The position numbers and the translations under genes were made by a program. The notes under the pieces are model-generated. The model was not told the DNA's origin and searched no databases. It saw only the letters and a list, made by a program, of their open reading frames with translations. A stretch of 62,601 bases of DNA, counting the filler, from Stramenopiles sp. TOSAG23-3 (Eukaryota), in assembly GCA_900128585.1 (NCBI GenBank). It is 7 parts of 7 records of this genome, joined end to end, with 100 filler letters (N's around TTAATTAATTAA, not from the genome) between each part and the next. Parts side by side here need not be neighbours in the genome. Positions count along the whole stretch, not along the records: positions 1 to 8,869 come from LT642972.1; positions 8,970 to 17,837 come from LT642973.1; 5 more parts are not named here. One strand, 5' to 3'. Below are positions 1 to 10,099 of this stretch, piece after piece; position 1 is the first letter of the stretch; each line of letters opens with the position of its first letter.

Positions 1-2
1 CT

Positions 3-2891
3 AGAGGACGAAACAAAGGCTTCCGCGTTCCGGAAAACACGTGGATGAAGGGGGAGCTCATTAGCCTGAATCGGAAACGCCTAGGGGACGAGGACCCCCA
101 TTACTATGGGGCGTTTCCAGCGTCCTGCATTGAGGTGATAAAATTTGAAGTCCCAGTCATGGAAAAGGATGAAGCGGCTGTGTACATACAGGCAATGGCA
201 AGGGGTTACGTATACAGGAAGAAAAGGGCACTGCACTGGGACGCTTCGATACCAATACAGACGTTGGTGCGGGGTTTTTTGGTACGACGTCGTATTTCCA
301 GAGGCCTTCGAGTTCGAGAAGCCGTGGCAAAAGATATGGTCGAAATTGCAAAAGAGGCAACCACGGCTCCTGCAATCTTCGAGTCGGTTTTGCTGCGGAT
401 AGGCTGCGGCCAGGAAAGCTTCCATAAACGAATCCAGTCCAAAGGAAAGGGATTTACGTTCGCAACTGGCGAAACCCCTGTCGTGAAAGACTATAGAGGC
501 CACTTCCATGAAAGTCGGCCGGCCAACAACACTGGGCCAAAGTACCAGACGAAACGTTTGGAGTACGTGATGAGTGGCATGTCCAGCGTGGACATTCTGC
601 GCCACTTTGTGGTAAAGAACAAGGTCACTGAGCGTAAATTGAAATCTGTCATGGCCAACAAGTGCCAAAGAAAGTTTCGTACTGCCGACAGGAAAAGTTG
701 GGCGTATTACTACGATGATATATGGATCGTCGTCAACTGGGTGCTGAACGGCAATCAGATGGGCAGTGTGTTGCCCAAAGAGGACTTTGAAAAAAATATT
801 ATTCCGCGGTTAGATAAAACTATGTCTGGCGCCATTACGCAAGAGAGCTTAATAAAACTCCTCTTCGACGCCGAGGGAGTCGATGAAGAAGTGCCCACCC
901 TGAAGAAAAGCTTGAAGGCTAGCGCCCATGCGCAAAAGATGTGGATAGGCCAGCACCACCCCGACGATCTTGAAATGACAAAAAAGTACGGGGATGTAAA
1001 GTACGGGAACGACTACGAAAAGCAGGTAGTCGACAACATCATGGGTAAATATGGAAAGGGGGTAAAGATGTTGTTCCAGTACGCTTGCAATGCCAATCAC
1101 CACCAAGAGTATGACACCAACATGACGTTCGAGCGGCACAAACGGGCCAGCCAGTCGTGCAGCTGGACAAATGCTCAGAATATGGCGCACGATCTTCGGC
1201 TCGTGGCCCCGCGAACAAGGGTGTACGTTCACTTGGACGAGCTCGGGATGAAGCACCACGCGATTCGGCAGCACGGCCGTGTGTGGAACCAAGATAGCGA
1301 TAGGACTCGCCAACTCCCCCATGCCCAATTCGTTCGCGTCGAGTGGATTGAAGATCGCAGCGTTGTGGGAAGCAGCAGTGTCCCTCGGTTGACAGAGGTC
1401 GGGGCGTTGCCAATAACGATCGATGAAGCGCGCAACATCTTTCGCAAGCGTGTCAAGCGGAAGATGAAGGGCAGGCACTTGGACCAGGTGAATGGCCTGG
1501 TGCGTCCCGAGGAATTGGTTTTGTATTTAATGGATCTTGCTGTAAAAGCGATGCCACGGCTGCGCCGTTGCCCCGACAACGTAGAGCGCGAAATGAGCTC
1601 CCCGGCCGCGAAAGAAGCCTACGATCTCGCATACGAGCACGAGCTGGAGGTGAACGGGGGCTACGAAGATGGCGCAGTGAAAAAGGCAGCTGCGGCGCAA
1701 AAAAGGATTGCCAAAAAACGGGTGGGAGACTTCGTTGCAGCACTGTCTCCGCAAGAGTGTTTGGAGTCGTTGATATGGCACATAAACATTGCTTCGGACG
1801 ATACCGCAGAAATACGGAGGACACTGCAAGCCTTTGGCAAAGGCACATTTGCGTATCCCGTAGGGTTTGGTATGGCGGAAGGCCCACGAGGCCGTGGCAA
1901 CACTCTCGGTGGTCCACTGCAGTACCTTGGCAAGAAGACCTACCATCAAGTGGCGAAACGGACCGTGACGAAAAACTCGCCCTCCGCGTGGATCAAGCGG
2001 GCAATCGTGAACATGGCCATGGAGTCGGGGACTGATCTAAAGTACATTTTTCAAAAGTTTGATTTGGATCGGAACGGAACACTGGAACCCCACGAAATTT
2101 GGCACCATTTTCAACAAATTTTGCCGGAAGGGCTTGGACCTAGAGAATTCAATAAGATCATACTAGCTGAGCTCTATGGTATCGACTCCGCAGAAAAGAG
2201 GCATAAATTGTCGGGGGGCGATCTTGCCCGACTGCGAGTCGACTACGAAGCCTTTGAGGATTTTGTCATGAGCTCCAAGTCTCTCACACGCACCCAAGGG
2301 GAAGTCAGTGTTGCGGCGGACAGGGGACGCCCGAAACGGACTAGAAAACAGCGAAAACAGGACATGCTACCGCCTGGACCGTACTCTCAGTCTGTGGTAA
2401 TGAAAGATGACACGATGTCCATGTCTCGATCCAGTTACCAGCAATACCAGCGATCGCAGCGAGAAAAGATTAAAAAGAAGGCCAAAATGCCAGATCGAGC
2501 GGGTCGTCAACCATCCCACACCATACAGCCGAGCCTGTCGTTGCAGACTTCAAATGCCGCACAATACAACCCTGAACCAGGGGTTCAGCAAGGAGGCAAT
2601 CCTCTCGCTCAGAATTCCCAACAGTTTAGCCTGCTGCCTGGATGGTTTGCGGCCACTGATCCAAAGACCAACATGGTGTATTACTACAACCCAGGGAGCG
2701 GAGAACGAACTTGGGATTGGAGAAAGGCCATATCTGCCGCGCCACCTGGAAAGACCCTGTACACGCCCCGGCAGACAGCTCGGAGAGATGTTCGAATGCG
2801 AAATGAGGGGCCCCAGCCTCCAGCAGGCAATAGAACCAGTGTGCACGAATCCCCCAGGGTCGTTCGGGGCAACGTTGTTGATCCCAGGTGA
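3..2891 (+). CDS. 5'-truncated multidomain protein: end of an SH3-like domain, IQ motifs, EF-hands, WW domain
   Basis: The frame is open from the contig edge (WMKGEL...GAFPASCIEVI, SH3-like). IQAMARG and IQTLVRG are IQ motifs, DLDRNGTLEPHEI is an EF loop, and LPGWFAATDPKTNMVYYYNPGSGERTW is a WW domain. Confidence 0.75.
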   Translation, partial: RGRNKGFRVPENTWMKGELISLNRKRLGDEDPHYYGAFPASCIEVIKFEVPVMEKDEAAVYIQAMARGYVYRKKRALHWDASIPIQTLVRGFLVRRRISRGLRVREAVAKDMVEIAKEATTAPAIFESVLLRIGCGQESFHKRIQSKGKGFTFATGETPVVKDYRGHFHESRPANNTGPKYQTKRLEYVMSGMSSVDILRHFVVKNKVTERKLKSVMANKCQRKFRTADRKSWAYYYDDIWIVVNWVLNGNQMGSVLPKEDFEKNIIPRLDKTMSGAITQESLIKLLFDAEGVDEEVPTLKKSLKASAHAQKMWIGQHHPDDLEMTKKYGDVKYGNDYEKQVVDNIMGKYGKGVKMLFQYACNANHHQEYDTNMTFERHKRASQSCSWTNAQNMAHDLRLVAPRTRVYVHLDELGMKHHAIRQHGRVWNQDSDRTRQLPHAQFVRVEWIEDRSVVGSSSVPRLTEVGALPITIDEARNIFRKRVKRKMKGRHLDQVNGLVRPEELVLYLMDLAVKAMPRLRRCPDNVEREMSSPAAKEAYDLAYEHELEVNGGYEDGAVKKAAAAQKRIAKKRVGDFVAALSPQECLESLIWHINIASDDTAEIRRTLQAFGKGTFAYPVGFGMAEGPRGRGNTLGGPLQYLGKKTYHQVAKRTVTKNSPSAWIKRAIVNMAMESGTDLKYIFQKFDLDRNGTLEPHEIWHHFQQILPEGLGPREFNKIILAELYGIDSAEKRHKLSGGDLARLRVDYEAFEDFVMSSKSLTRTQGEVSVAADRGRPKRTRKQRKQDMLPPGPYSQSVVMKDDTMSMSRSSYQQYQRSQREKIKKKAKMPDRAGRQPSHTIQPSLSLQTSNAAQYNPEPGVQQGGNPLAQNSQQFSLLPGWFAATDPKTNMVYYYNPGSGERTWDWRKAISAAPPGKTLYTPRQTARRDVRMRNEGPQPPAGNRTSVHESPRVVRGNVVDPR

Positions 2892-2944
2892 GAACAAAAA
2901 ACGTAAAAAACATGTGCGTCTTCTCTTTCGTCATGTAACATAAA

Positions 2945-2967
2945 AACAAGAAAATTGGCTGTTATTT
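2945..2967 (+). promoter_or_regulatory. Conserved post-stop motif AACAAGAAAATTGGCTGTTATTT (copy 1 of 8)
   Basis: Lies about 54 nt after the stop at 2891. Near-identical copies occur on other contigs. Confidence 0.6.
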
Positions 2968-3314
2968 AAGTATAAATATACCACTTTTTTCTGATGCTGT
3001 ACTCCTCTTACTACTACTATTACTATCCGATTACAAATGAAGTTCACAAATAATAGATAGTCGGTCTGCAGCTGCAGCATGCAGCAGAGTTCGTTCTCTA
3101 AATGTGAAATAAATAGGTATTTTAATATCTCGGTATATTAAGTAGCCAATTCGGTGGTGCGGTACGGTACCGGTACGGTACCTGGTACCGGTACCGAACC
3201 CGGTCGGCGTCTTGTTCCTACTTTGCAATTTGTGCGTGACTGAAATTCTTTCTGTACAAAGCCGTTTTCTTTCAGTTGAAAAGAGCGCGGCACGTTTCCC
3301 CAAAGCAGGCTCCG

Positions 3315-3866
3315 ATGTCGTCTGTTGAAGAATTCACCGTGTCCGTTTCGTCTTCTGAAGATGCAGAGGACGCTGGTGTAGTCGGCACGTTGGTGGAAAT
3401 TGTAAACATGGCTTATAGCAGGGGGGAAGAGGGGATGTGGAAAGGTAACGCTAAGAGAACAACGTTGGGCGAAATGGCAGCTCACCTCAAAAGAGGTGAA
3501 ATTCTAATTGCGCGCTCGTCGGTAGAAGTTGCCGGAAGCATTTTTGTAAACCCATTTTTTGAAGAAAATATCGGCGAGCTCGGCATGCTGTGCGTTGCCG
3601 AAAAGTTTCTCCGGAGGGGTTTAGGGAAAATGTTAGTCCATGCTGCAGAAGTCCACTGCAAATCAGTTGCAAGCTGCAAACACATGAGACTTGAGCTTTT
3701 GACTCCGGCGGCGTACATTCACCCCGTAAAAGCCTGGCTGGACAAATGGTACACCAGTATGGGGTACGTGAAAGGTACCCCAGAAAATTTTGATTTGAGT
3801 TACCCCCGAATTTCACCGCTGCTCAAGGTAGAGTGTGTGTTTACGGCGTATTTAAAGACGGTTTAG
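3315..3866 (+). CDS. GNAT-family N-acetyltransferase
   Basis: ELGMLCVAEKFLRRGLGKMLV is acetyl-CoA motif A, followed by WYTSMGY. First ATG is at 3315. Confidence 0.85.
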   Translation: MSSVEEFTVSVSSSEDAEDAGVVGTLVEIVNMAYSRGEEGMWKGNAKRTTLGEMAAHLKRGEILIARSSVEVAGSIFVNPFFEENIGELGMLCVAEKFLRRGLGKMLVHAAEVHCKSVASCKHMRLELLTPAAYIHPVKAWLDKWYTSMGYVKGTPENFDLSYPRISPLLKVECVFTAYLKTV

Positions 3867-4139
3867 ATTGTTACATTAAAAAGAAGAAAAGAAAACAGTT
3901 AAATCAGAGAGATATCGGAGGATTTTCATAAAACACGCACGGTTATTCCATTTAAAAAGTCGTAAAATTTGCATTAAAATTAAATAAAACAGCCAATAAT
4001 TTTTTGTTATATGGATTTTGTTAACTGAATTATTGGTATCCAAGGTTTTTTTCTCTTTTCTTAAAAGAGCATTCAACGAGGAAAATTATTTCGTACTCGT
4101 AAAATATAAATTTGCCCTCTCTCCCTCTCGTGCAGTCTC

Positions 4140-6494
4140 TTACCAAGCGATCGCCTTGCCGACGATGTAGTGCTGCCGTAAGTTGAACTGTGCAGGGGAT
4201 ATGATAGGGGCATCCTCTTTAGAAAGAGACTTTGTAAACGAGTTGGACGATTTTCCAACTGATGGTAACGAGCGGGACAATTTTCCACCTTTAAACGACC
4301 TGGATAATTTTCCACCTTTAAACGACCTGGACAAATTTCCAGCAATGTCCTTACAAAAGGATGCAGGATCTGGCGTGATAAGACGGTTCTCTAGGCATTC
4401 CTGGCAGACTTGAACGATTTCGTCCCTAGTCATTTCCTTGTGCAGCACCGGGTGAAAAGTTAGGCAAACATTTAAAAAGTTAACCATGTTGCTGCCTGAA
4501 ACGGAGTATGATTGTGGCCCGCGCTCACGCTTTTCATTTTTCCTCGAAATCCGCTGCCCATTGGTCCTGCCAAATACAAGCAGAACAAGACCGTACAACT
4601 GCGCCGCCCTGCGTTCATGTTGGTCTTCAATCAGCCCAATTAAATTTGCCAGCATCTCATTGGCACTAGGCCGATCTGCCGGATTCTCGGCCCACCCCTT
4701 TTGAAAAATCGCCGTCATCCCCGATGGGATCTCGGTCGGTGTTGGCAATCTCCCGCCTTCGGCGACAAACTTTAACACCTCCCCCACTCGCAACCCAGAA
4801 AAGGGGGTAGACAAAGTTAACAATTCCCAGAGGACGACCGTTAGGGAGAACACGTCGCAGGCTTCATTACCAGAGGTCTCTCGTCGGAGCACTTCCGGTG
4901 CGGCCCACTGAACAGTGCCACAAAAGCCTTTCTCGGCGCTATCCCCTTCGCTGTAAGAGGCAAGGTCCATGTCGGTCAGTTTAATAGTTACAGGTGCCAC
5001 CAAGTTTGTGCTATGGGACACAGTTCGCTTGAACAAAAAATTTGGAGATTTAATGTCACGGTGAACAATTGGCAAGTGACCTCTGCTGTCGTGAACGAAA
5101 TCCAAAGATCGAGCGCATTGTATCGCGAGAGAGAGAAACCAAGGAGTAAAGTGGCCGACTGGGGCCACCTGGCGTGTGCCGGGGTTCGACGTGTACCCGG
5201 CCTGTCTCTCCCGAATAAGGTCCATCAGGTTACCGTCGCAGAGCTCCATAACATGGCAGAGGGATGGGGGGGCAACTGAGACCCCTTTTAACTGGACAAT
5301 GTTCGGGTGCTCGCCCAGCATCCCAAGAATAGAAGCCTCCTGGAAGAACGTCTGTACAGTGGTCCGCGTGATGTCAGGCATAAAAAGCAACTTTATCGCA
5401 ACCTCCTCGTCGATCCATTTCCCGTGAAACACCCTGGCAGTCCCCCCCATTCCAATTATTTTGGACGCGGGAAGGGATAGCTCTGCGTGGTATATCGTAG
5501 TAACAAACTCTTCATCCAGGGTTTCGAGGCCCTTGTTTAGTGTCCCTATAAGGCTGGTCCTTAACTGCAGGCCTTTCAGGGGGATACGAATATCCCCCGA
5601 CATGGTACGCCCCGGCCCCTGCGAACAACAGTTTAAAGTGCACCCCGCATCCTCATCGTCGTCTTGAGGTATCCAGTATGTTGTGTCCACCAAAAAAGCG
5701 TTGTACAATGCCAGCGGCATAACAATCGCTCTTATAATACGAATTACGCCAACAGCCTGTGTTTTGCCGTGGTAGTGCATCAGTCCCGACGCGCATTCGG
5801 CAATCTCGAAGACCATGTATGGGGTCCCAAAGACGTCAAACGAAACCCTTTTCTTACGAAAGCGTGAACAAAGTTTGAACCTTGCTGCGCCCAAGAGCAG
5901 AGTCCTGATCCCGGCTAAATACGCACTAGCAATATCATGAGTGTCGGCCCATTCTAACCATTCAGGCACCTCAACAACAAGAATACTAATGATAAATATA
6001 CAAATGCTTTTTTTTAAGGCACTATAAGTTGACTTTGGACCGATACCAGCCTGCAAGAAAACGAAGAATGCAAAATCCCACGCCAGCAACTGTAGGAAAT
6101 TAAGAACTTCCCTAACACAAATCTCGACAACGGGTATGATATGTACCTGGGAAAATAGTACATAACAAACTAATTGGATGAAATAGATAGCCAATAAAAA
6201 CCTCAGAACGTAAATATATAAGGGAAGAAGGTGGGATGTTGCGACAGAAGCGTTCAAATACCGTTCTATCCCATCCATAGACATTCGCGTCGAACGAACA
6301 ACCACCCCCCTCGCCCATAATAACACGTTAATCCCCAACTGAACAACGAATATAGCCACGACGGAGATAAAAAAGAATGTATTCTTTTCATCTTTATAAT
6401 TATGATTCCCACCCATGGCAAAACGAACAAAACAATAGACGACGAAAATTAAAATGCCAAGGCTAAAATTGGGGTCGCAATAGTGCTTTCTCAA
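4140..6494 (-). CDS. Multi-pass (7TM-like) membrane protein fused to a TKL kinase and a DEP-like C-terminal domain; start uncertain
   Basis: About 7 hydrophobic segments, then GMGGTARV, VAIK, HRDIKSPN, DMD in place of DFG, and APE. The C-terminal SGSNMVNFL...TRDEIVQVCQECLENRLI resembles DEP. First in-frame ATG is at 6416. Confidence 0.8.
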   Translation of the reverse strand: MRKHYCDPNFSLGILIFVVYCFVRFAMGGNHNYKDEKNTFFFISVVAIFVVQLGINVLLWARGVVVRSTRMSMDGIERYLNASVATSHLLPLYIYVLRFLLAIYFIQLVCYVLFSQVHIIPVVEICVREVLNFLQLLAWDFAFFVFLQAGIGPKSTYSALKKSICIFIISILVVEVPEWLEWADTHDIASAYLAGIRTLLLGAARFKLCSRFRKKRVSFDVFGTPYMVFEIAECASGLMHYHGKTQAVGVIRIIRAIVMPLALYNAFLVDTTYWIPQDDDEDAGCTLNCCSQGPGRTMSGDIRIPLKGLQLRTSLIGTLNKGLETLDEEFVTTIYHAELSLPASKIIGMGGTARVFHGKWIDEEVAIKLLFMPDITRTTVQTFFQEASILGMLGEHPNIVQLKGVSVAPPSLCHVMELCDGNLMDLIRERQAGYTSNPGTRQVAPVGHFTPWFLSLAIQCARSLDFVHDSRGHLPIVHRDIKSPNFLFKRTVSHSTNLVAPVTIKLTDMDLASYSEGDSAEKGFCGTVQWAAPEVLRRETSGNEACDVFSLTVVLWELLTLSTPFSGLRVGEVLKFVAEGGRLPTPTEIPSGMTAIFQKGWAENPADRPSANEMLANLIGLIEDQHERRAAQLYGLVLLVFGRTNGQRISRKNEKRERGPQSYSVSGSNMVNFLNVCLTFHPVLHKEMTRDEIVQVCQECLENRLITPDPASFCKDIAGNLSRSFKGGKLSRSFKGGKLSRSLPSVGKSSNSFTKSLSKEDAPIISPAQFNLRQHYIVGKAIAW
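4279..4340. repeat. 27-bp in-frame tandem duplication (SRSFKGGKL x2)
   Basis: aattttccacctttaaacgacctgga is repeated directly. Confidence 0.9.
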
Positions 6495-7617
6495 AACGAC
6501 CGTGGCTTCGTTGTATCCCAGCTCGGTGCACTTTTCGCTTGTTCGAAGCTTAGTATTGCACCAGCTCGTTGGGCCTTTTCGCGTTCCTTTCTTTCAAGAG
6601 AATTTGATCGTCCAGTCGGTTGGTTCAAACCAGTACTGAAACGAACAATGTTATTAATGGATCAATCCAAGTATCCAATCGCACACTATATAATTTAGTC
6701 TTCTGTTTGTACTATTCTAATTAAAATTCTTTCTCGCCATTATAATTTACATACTCCTCTCGGTTTGTTTCATTAAAAACACACTGAACTACTAGTCTAG
6801 AAGAAAAAAATAATATATAAAAAAAAACAACAACGTACTACAACCAGATAAATTAGTCAAATAAATACAACATCTTCTAGTCGGTCTAAAACGAGGTCTA
6901 ATAGTTTATTTTTACTACTCAATTCCTACCTCGTACAACTCCTCGTACTCTAACTTTATTATATAGTAGCTATTAGGCCATCATCATAAAAGCTATTATA
7001 TCGGTACGTACATGGAGTACGTACAGTAGGAATAAGGCTGAGTGCTGAGTGAGGCAACGAGGACCAGAACAGAGAAATTATCTATTCATTCATTCGACGG
7101 TATTTACATGGTAGTACCTGTAGCAAAATTTGATGATAGTTTAGTTAGACGACTAATAATCCGGAGGAGGATCTTAGGAAAAAGTCGTAAATACGTAGAG
7201 ACTAGCTAACAACTAAATAACAAGTAAAATTAAACGACAAAAACAGATTTTTTTGTATTTTATTTATTAAAAATATATTTTTGTTCTTAGAATAAATATT
7301 TTATTTTTTTGTCCTTGCTATTACATTGCTACAGTATGTATATTCAGTTTAAATAAATTGAAGTATTATTCCAATTATATACAGTAGAGTAAAATGAATT
7401 AGTCGTTCTAAAATATATACGTACATACAACACAAAGGCCAATAATAATATTAATTGTAATTATCAGGGTTAAGATATATATATAGTTGATTGAAACAAT
7501 TACTTCCTGCTTCTTCTTCTAGCGTCAGAACTCAAAATATGTGATCAGCGCTAATTACCAATAGCTGTTTTTTCAACAAACTTTTGATGTAATTTTTCGA
7601 TCGACACTGTTCTAATT

Positions 7618-8868
7618 TTATTTACCAAAGGCCTTTTTTTTCAACCGAAAGGCTTCGTAAATTGCCCTTGCGTTTGTCTCGTGCCCTGCTCTCTGTTGGT
7701 GCAGATCATCGCCGTTCTCCGTCTTCACAGAATCGGCTTTATCGTGCAAGGCGTGATCCGGATCGTTGAAGGCTGCACATTTGGACCCACCACCACACCT
7801 CCTGATGACGTCGGCAACTGTGAACGAGTAAAACTGCTTCCCGCTGACATTCAAGCATTCTGCGTACTCCTTGTATTTACCGCCTTCTAGGTCCTTTTCG
7901 AGAAACTTTCGCATTTCCTGTCGCCTCCAGCACAGCGGGTTCTCCGCTCTGTTCACGAGTTGCATGCCTGGCGCGTTCAATAAAATGTCAGGCGCTGATC
8001 GGTACTTTCTCTTTATGCCATTGTACAACTCCCGCTCCCTTCCCTTAAAGCGTCCAAGAACTCCACGGACAGCCTCAATGTTGGCTTTCGTTGGGCAGTA
8101 CTCCAAGTAGAACATTTGCAGCCCATTCTCCAAGTCCTTCGCAGAGGCGACACGACCATTCAGCGAGGAGTCCAAGCTGACCAGCTGCCTCATGTAAGCT
8201 AACGTGTTTCGGCTATGAAGACTGCTGGCCGACAGAGGAGCTAAACAGCCAATGAAGACGGATTGCTGTTCAGGGTTTGTGAATACCCCTTTCAAGAGGA
8301 GCGTAAGCTTGGAATTCCGAAAATTTACGTGCTTTTTAGGATCAATGGTTTCGCGGACAAGCATATCAGATATGCACTGTTTCAGGGTCCCCAGGGACCA
8401 GTTGATTTCTTGCATTTCAGCAATTCGCTCTTGGGAATGGTTCCTTACGTCTCGTTTTCTTTCACTTCCGGCAAGGTCAACCAGCGTCAAAGTCCGAACG
8501 TTTCCATCGCCGCCAGTGACCCTAATGACAAAGAACGAGTGCGACCTCGAAGATTCCGGGTTGTTGATCGTAGCGTGCGTGGATCGAAGAGAAGAACCAT
8601 CTGCCAGATAAGCGAGCGCATCGCTTCCAGTCGATATGGAGTGCCAGGACAATTTATTTACATGGATGCCACCGTCCGCGCTTTCGAGGACCTCCAATTC
8701 CTGCTTTGACGCCAGCAAATCGTGCACTTTGGTGCCGCGATTTTCAAAAAATGCAACAGAAACTGTGCTATCCTTATCCTTATTGTTGCACACTTCGTGA
8801 ATGCACTTTTCCTGAATACCCGTAATGGTAAAAGTTTTCCCTGCACCGGTTTGGCCGAAAGCTATAAG
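7618..8868 (-). CDS. Kinesin motor-domain protein, 5'-truncated at the contig edge
   Basis: GQTGAGKT P-loop in frame upstream of the called ORF, plus SSRSH, LVDLAGSER and FRNSKLTLLL. Confidence 0.92.
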   Translation of the reverse strand, partial: LIAFGQTGAGKTFTITGIQEKCIHEVCNNKDKDSTVSVAFFENRGTKVHDLLASKQELEVLESADGGIHVNKLSWHSISTGSDALAYLADGSSLRSTHATINNPESSRSHSFFVIRVTGGDGNVRTLTLVDLAGSERKRDVRNHSQERIAEMQEINWSLGTLKQCISDMLVRETIDPKKHVNFRNSKLTLLLKGVFTNPEQQSVFIGCLAPLSASSLHSRNTLAYMRQLVSLDSSLNGRVASAKDLENGLQMFYLEYCPTKANIEAVRGVLGRFKGRERELYNGIKRKYRSAPDILLNAPGMQLVNRAENPLCWRRQEMRKFLEKDLEGGKYKEYAECLNVSGKQFYSFTVADVIRRCGGGSKCAAFNDPDHALHDKADSVKTENGDDLHQQRAGHETNARAIYEAFRLKKKAFGK

Positions 8869-8869
8869 G

Positions 8870-8969
8870 NNNNNNNNNNNNNNNNNNNNNNNNNNNNNNN
8901 NNNNNNNNNNNNNTTAATTAATTAANNNNNNNNNNNNNNNNNNNNNNNNNNNNNNNNNNNNNNNNNNNN
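8870..8969. other. Artificial contig linker
   Basis: N44-TTAATTAATTAA-N44, giving stops in all six frames. Confidence 0.98.
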
Positions 8970-9401
8970 TTCTTCTGCTCCCTTCGTCGATACGATGTCG
9001 TAGACGTTTTCGTTGGATTGTGAGACGGCGTAAAAGGACTTGCCGCCTTTCCCAAAGTGTGGGGAACGTGTCTTTTCTTTAGCGCTGTACAAAGGGGTTT
9101 GATCGCGGAGATTGATTACGTCCTCTGCCCCTTGAAAGTAATCGCCCAATCTCTGTTCTGCCTCGTTTTGAATACGCTCCAAATCTTCCATTTCATAATT
9201 GCCAGCAAGAACGAATGTCATTCGTGCACTGACAACAAGCACTGCAGCCTCAGGTACATACACATCCTTGTATTTGCCCCCCGTCGCCGTCCTTTTTACA
9301 TCGGAACGTTCAGTTTTCCCTGAAGACTCAACGCCATGCAAGGGGTTCTCCGTCGGTCGCCGAGGTCCACCTGCTGGGGTGTTCTTACTCCCTTCTTCCA
9401 T
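8970..9401 (-). CDS. Hypothetical protein, 3'-truncated
   Basis: ATG at 9401, with the frame open to the contig edge and coding-like composition. Confidence 0.6.
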
Positions 9402-9588
9402 CGTTTGGTACAAGTATACAGTACGATATATAAAGAAATGCTTCAAAATGATATGAAATCGAATCAACTCGTATCAAAATGAATGAACAGCTTTGGTTTT
9501 TCTAAACAATCCCGAAACATCTACTTACTTTTTCATTTCTAAATTGTAGTCGATGTAATCAAGTAATCAATCAAAAAAAAGATCAAAC

Positions 9589-9689
9589 NNNNNNNNNNNN
9601 NNNNNNNNNNNNNNNNNNNNNNNNNNNNNNNNNNNNNNNNNNNNNNNNNNNNNNNNNNNNNNNNNNNNNNNNNNNNNNNNNNNNNNNNN
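9589..9689. other. Scaffold gap (Ns without linker)
   Basis: Run of about 100 N with no TTAATTAATTAA. Confidence 0.9.
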
Positions 9690-9945
9690 ATTAATCTTTA
9701 ATCCTATGTAATGAAAATTATCGTTTATTCCAATTTAACTCATACACTTTTAACATTTACATAGCATCATTCACCGTATGTCTTGACCTTTTTAATGGAT
9801 AAATCTAAACACTATTTGTGTTTCGTATAGGAATAAGTACTTAATTTCAAAAATATGAAAATATCGTTAATCAAATTGTGGGCATATCCATTATATGAAC
9901 ATAAATAATAACTAATGATGATTTAAATGTATACCCAATCAATCA

Positions 9946-9991
9946 AAAGAAAAGAAAAGAAAAGAAAAGAAAAGAAAAGAAAAAAAGAAAA
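9946..9991. repeat. (AAAAG)n microsatellite
   Basis: Seen directly. Confidence 0.9.
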
Positions 9992-10099
9992 GTTTGTTCG
10001 ATTCGAAGCGAGCAAACAACTTGTCGTGATACATTGCAAGAATCACTCAGTTTTTTTGAGGTGCGGAGGAGTTGCTTGGTCGATCAGTCGATCGGTCCA

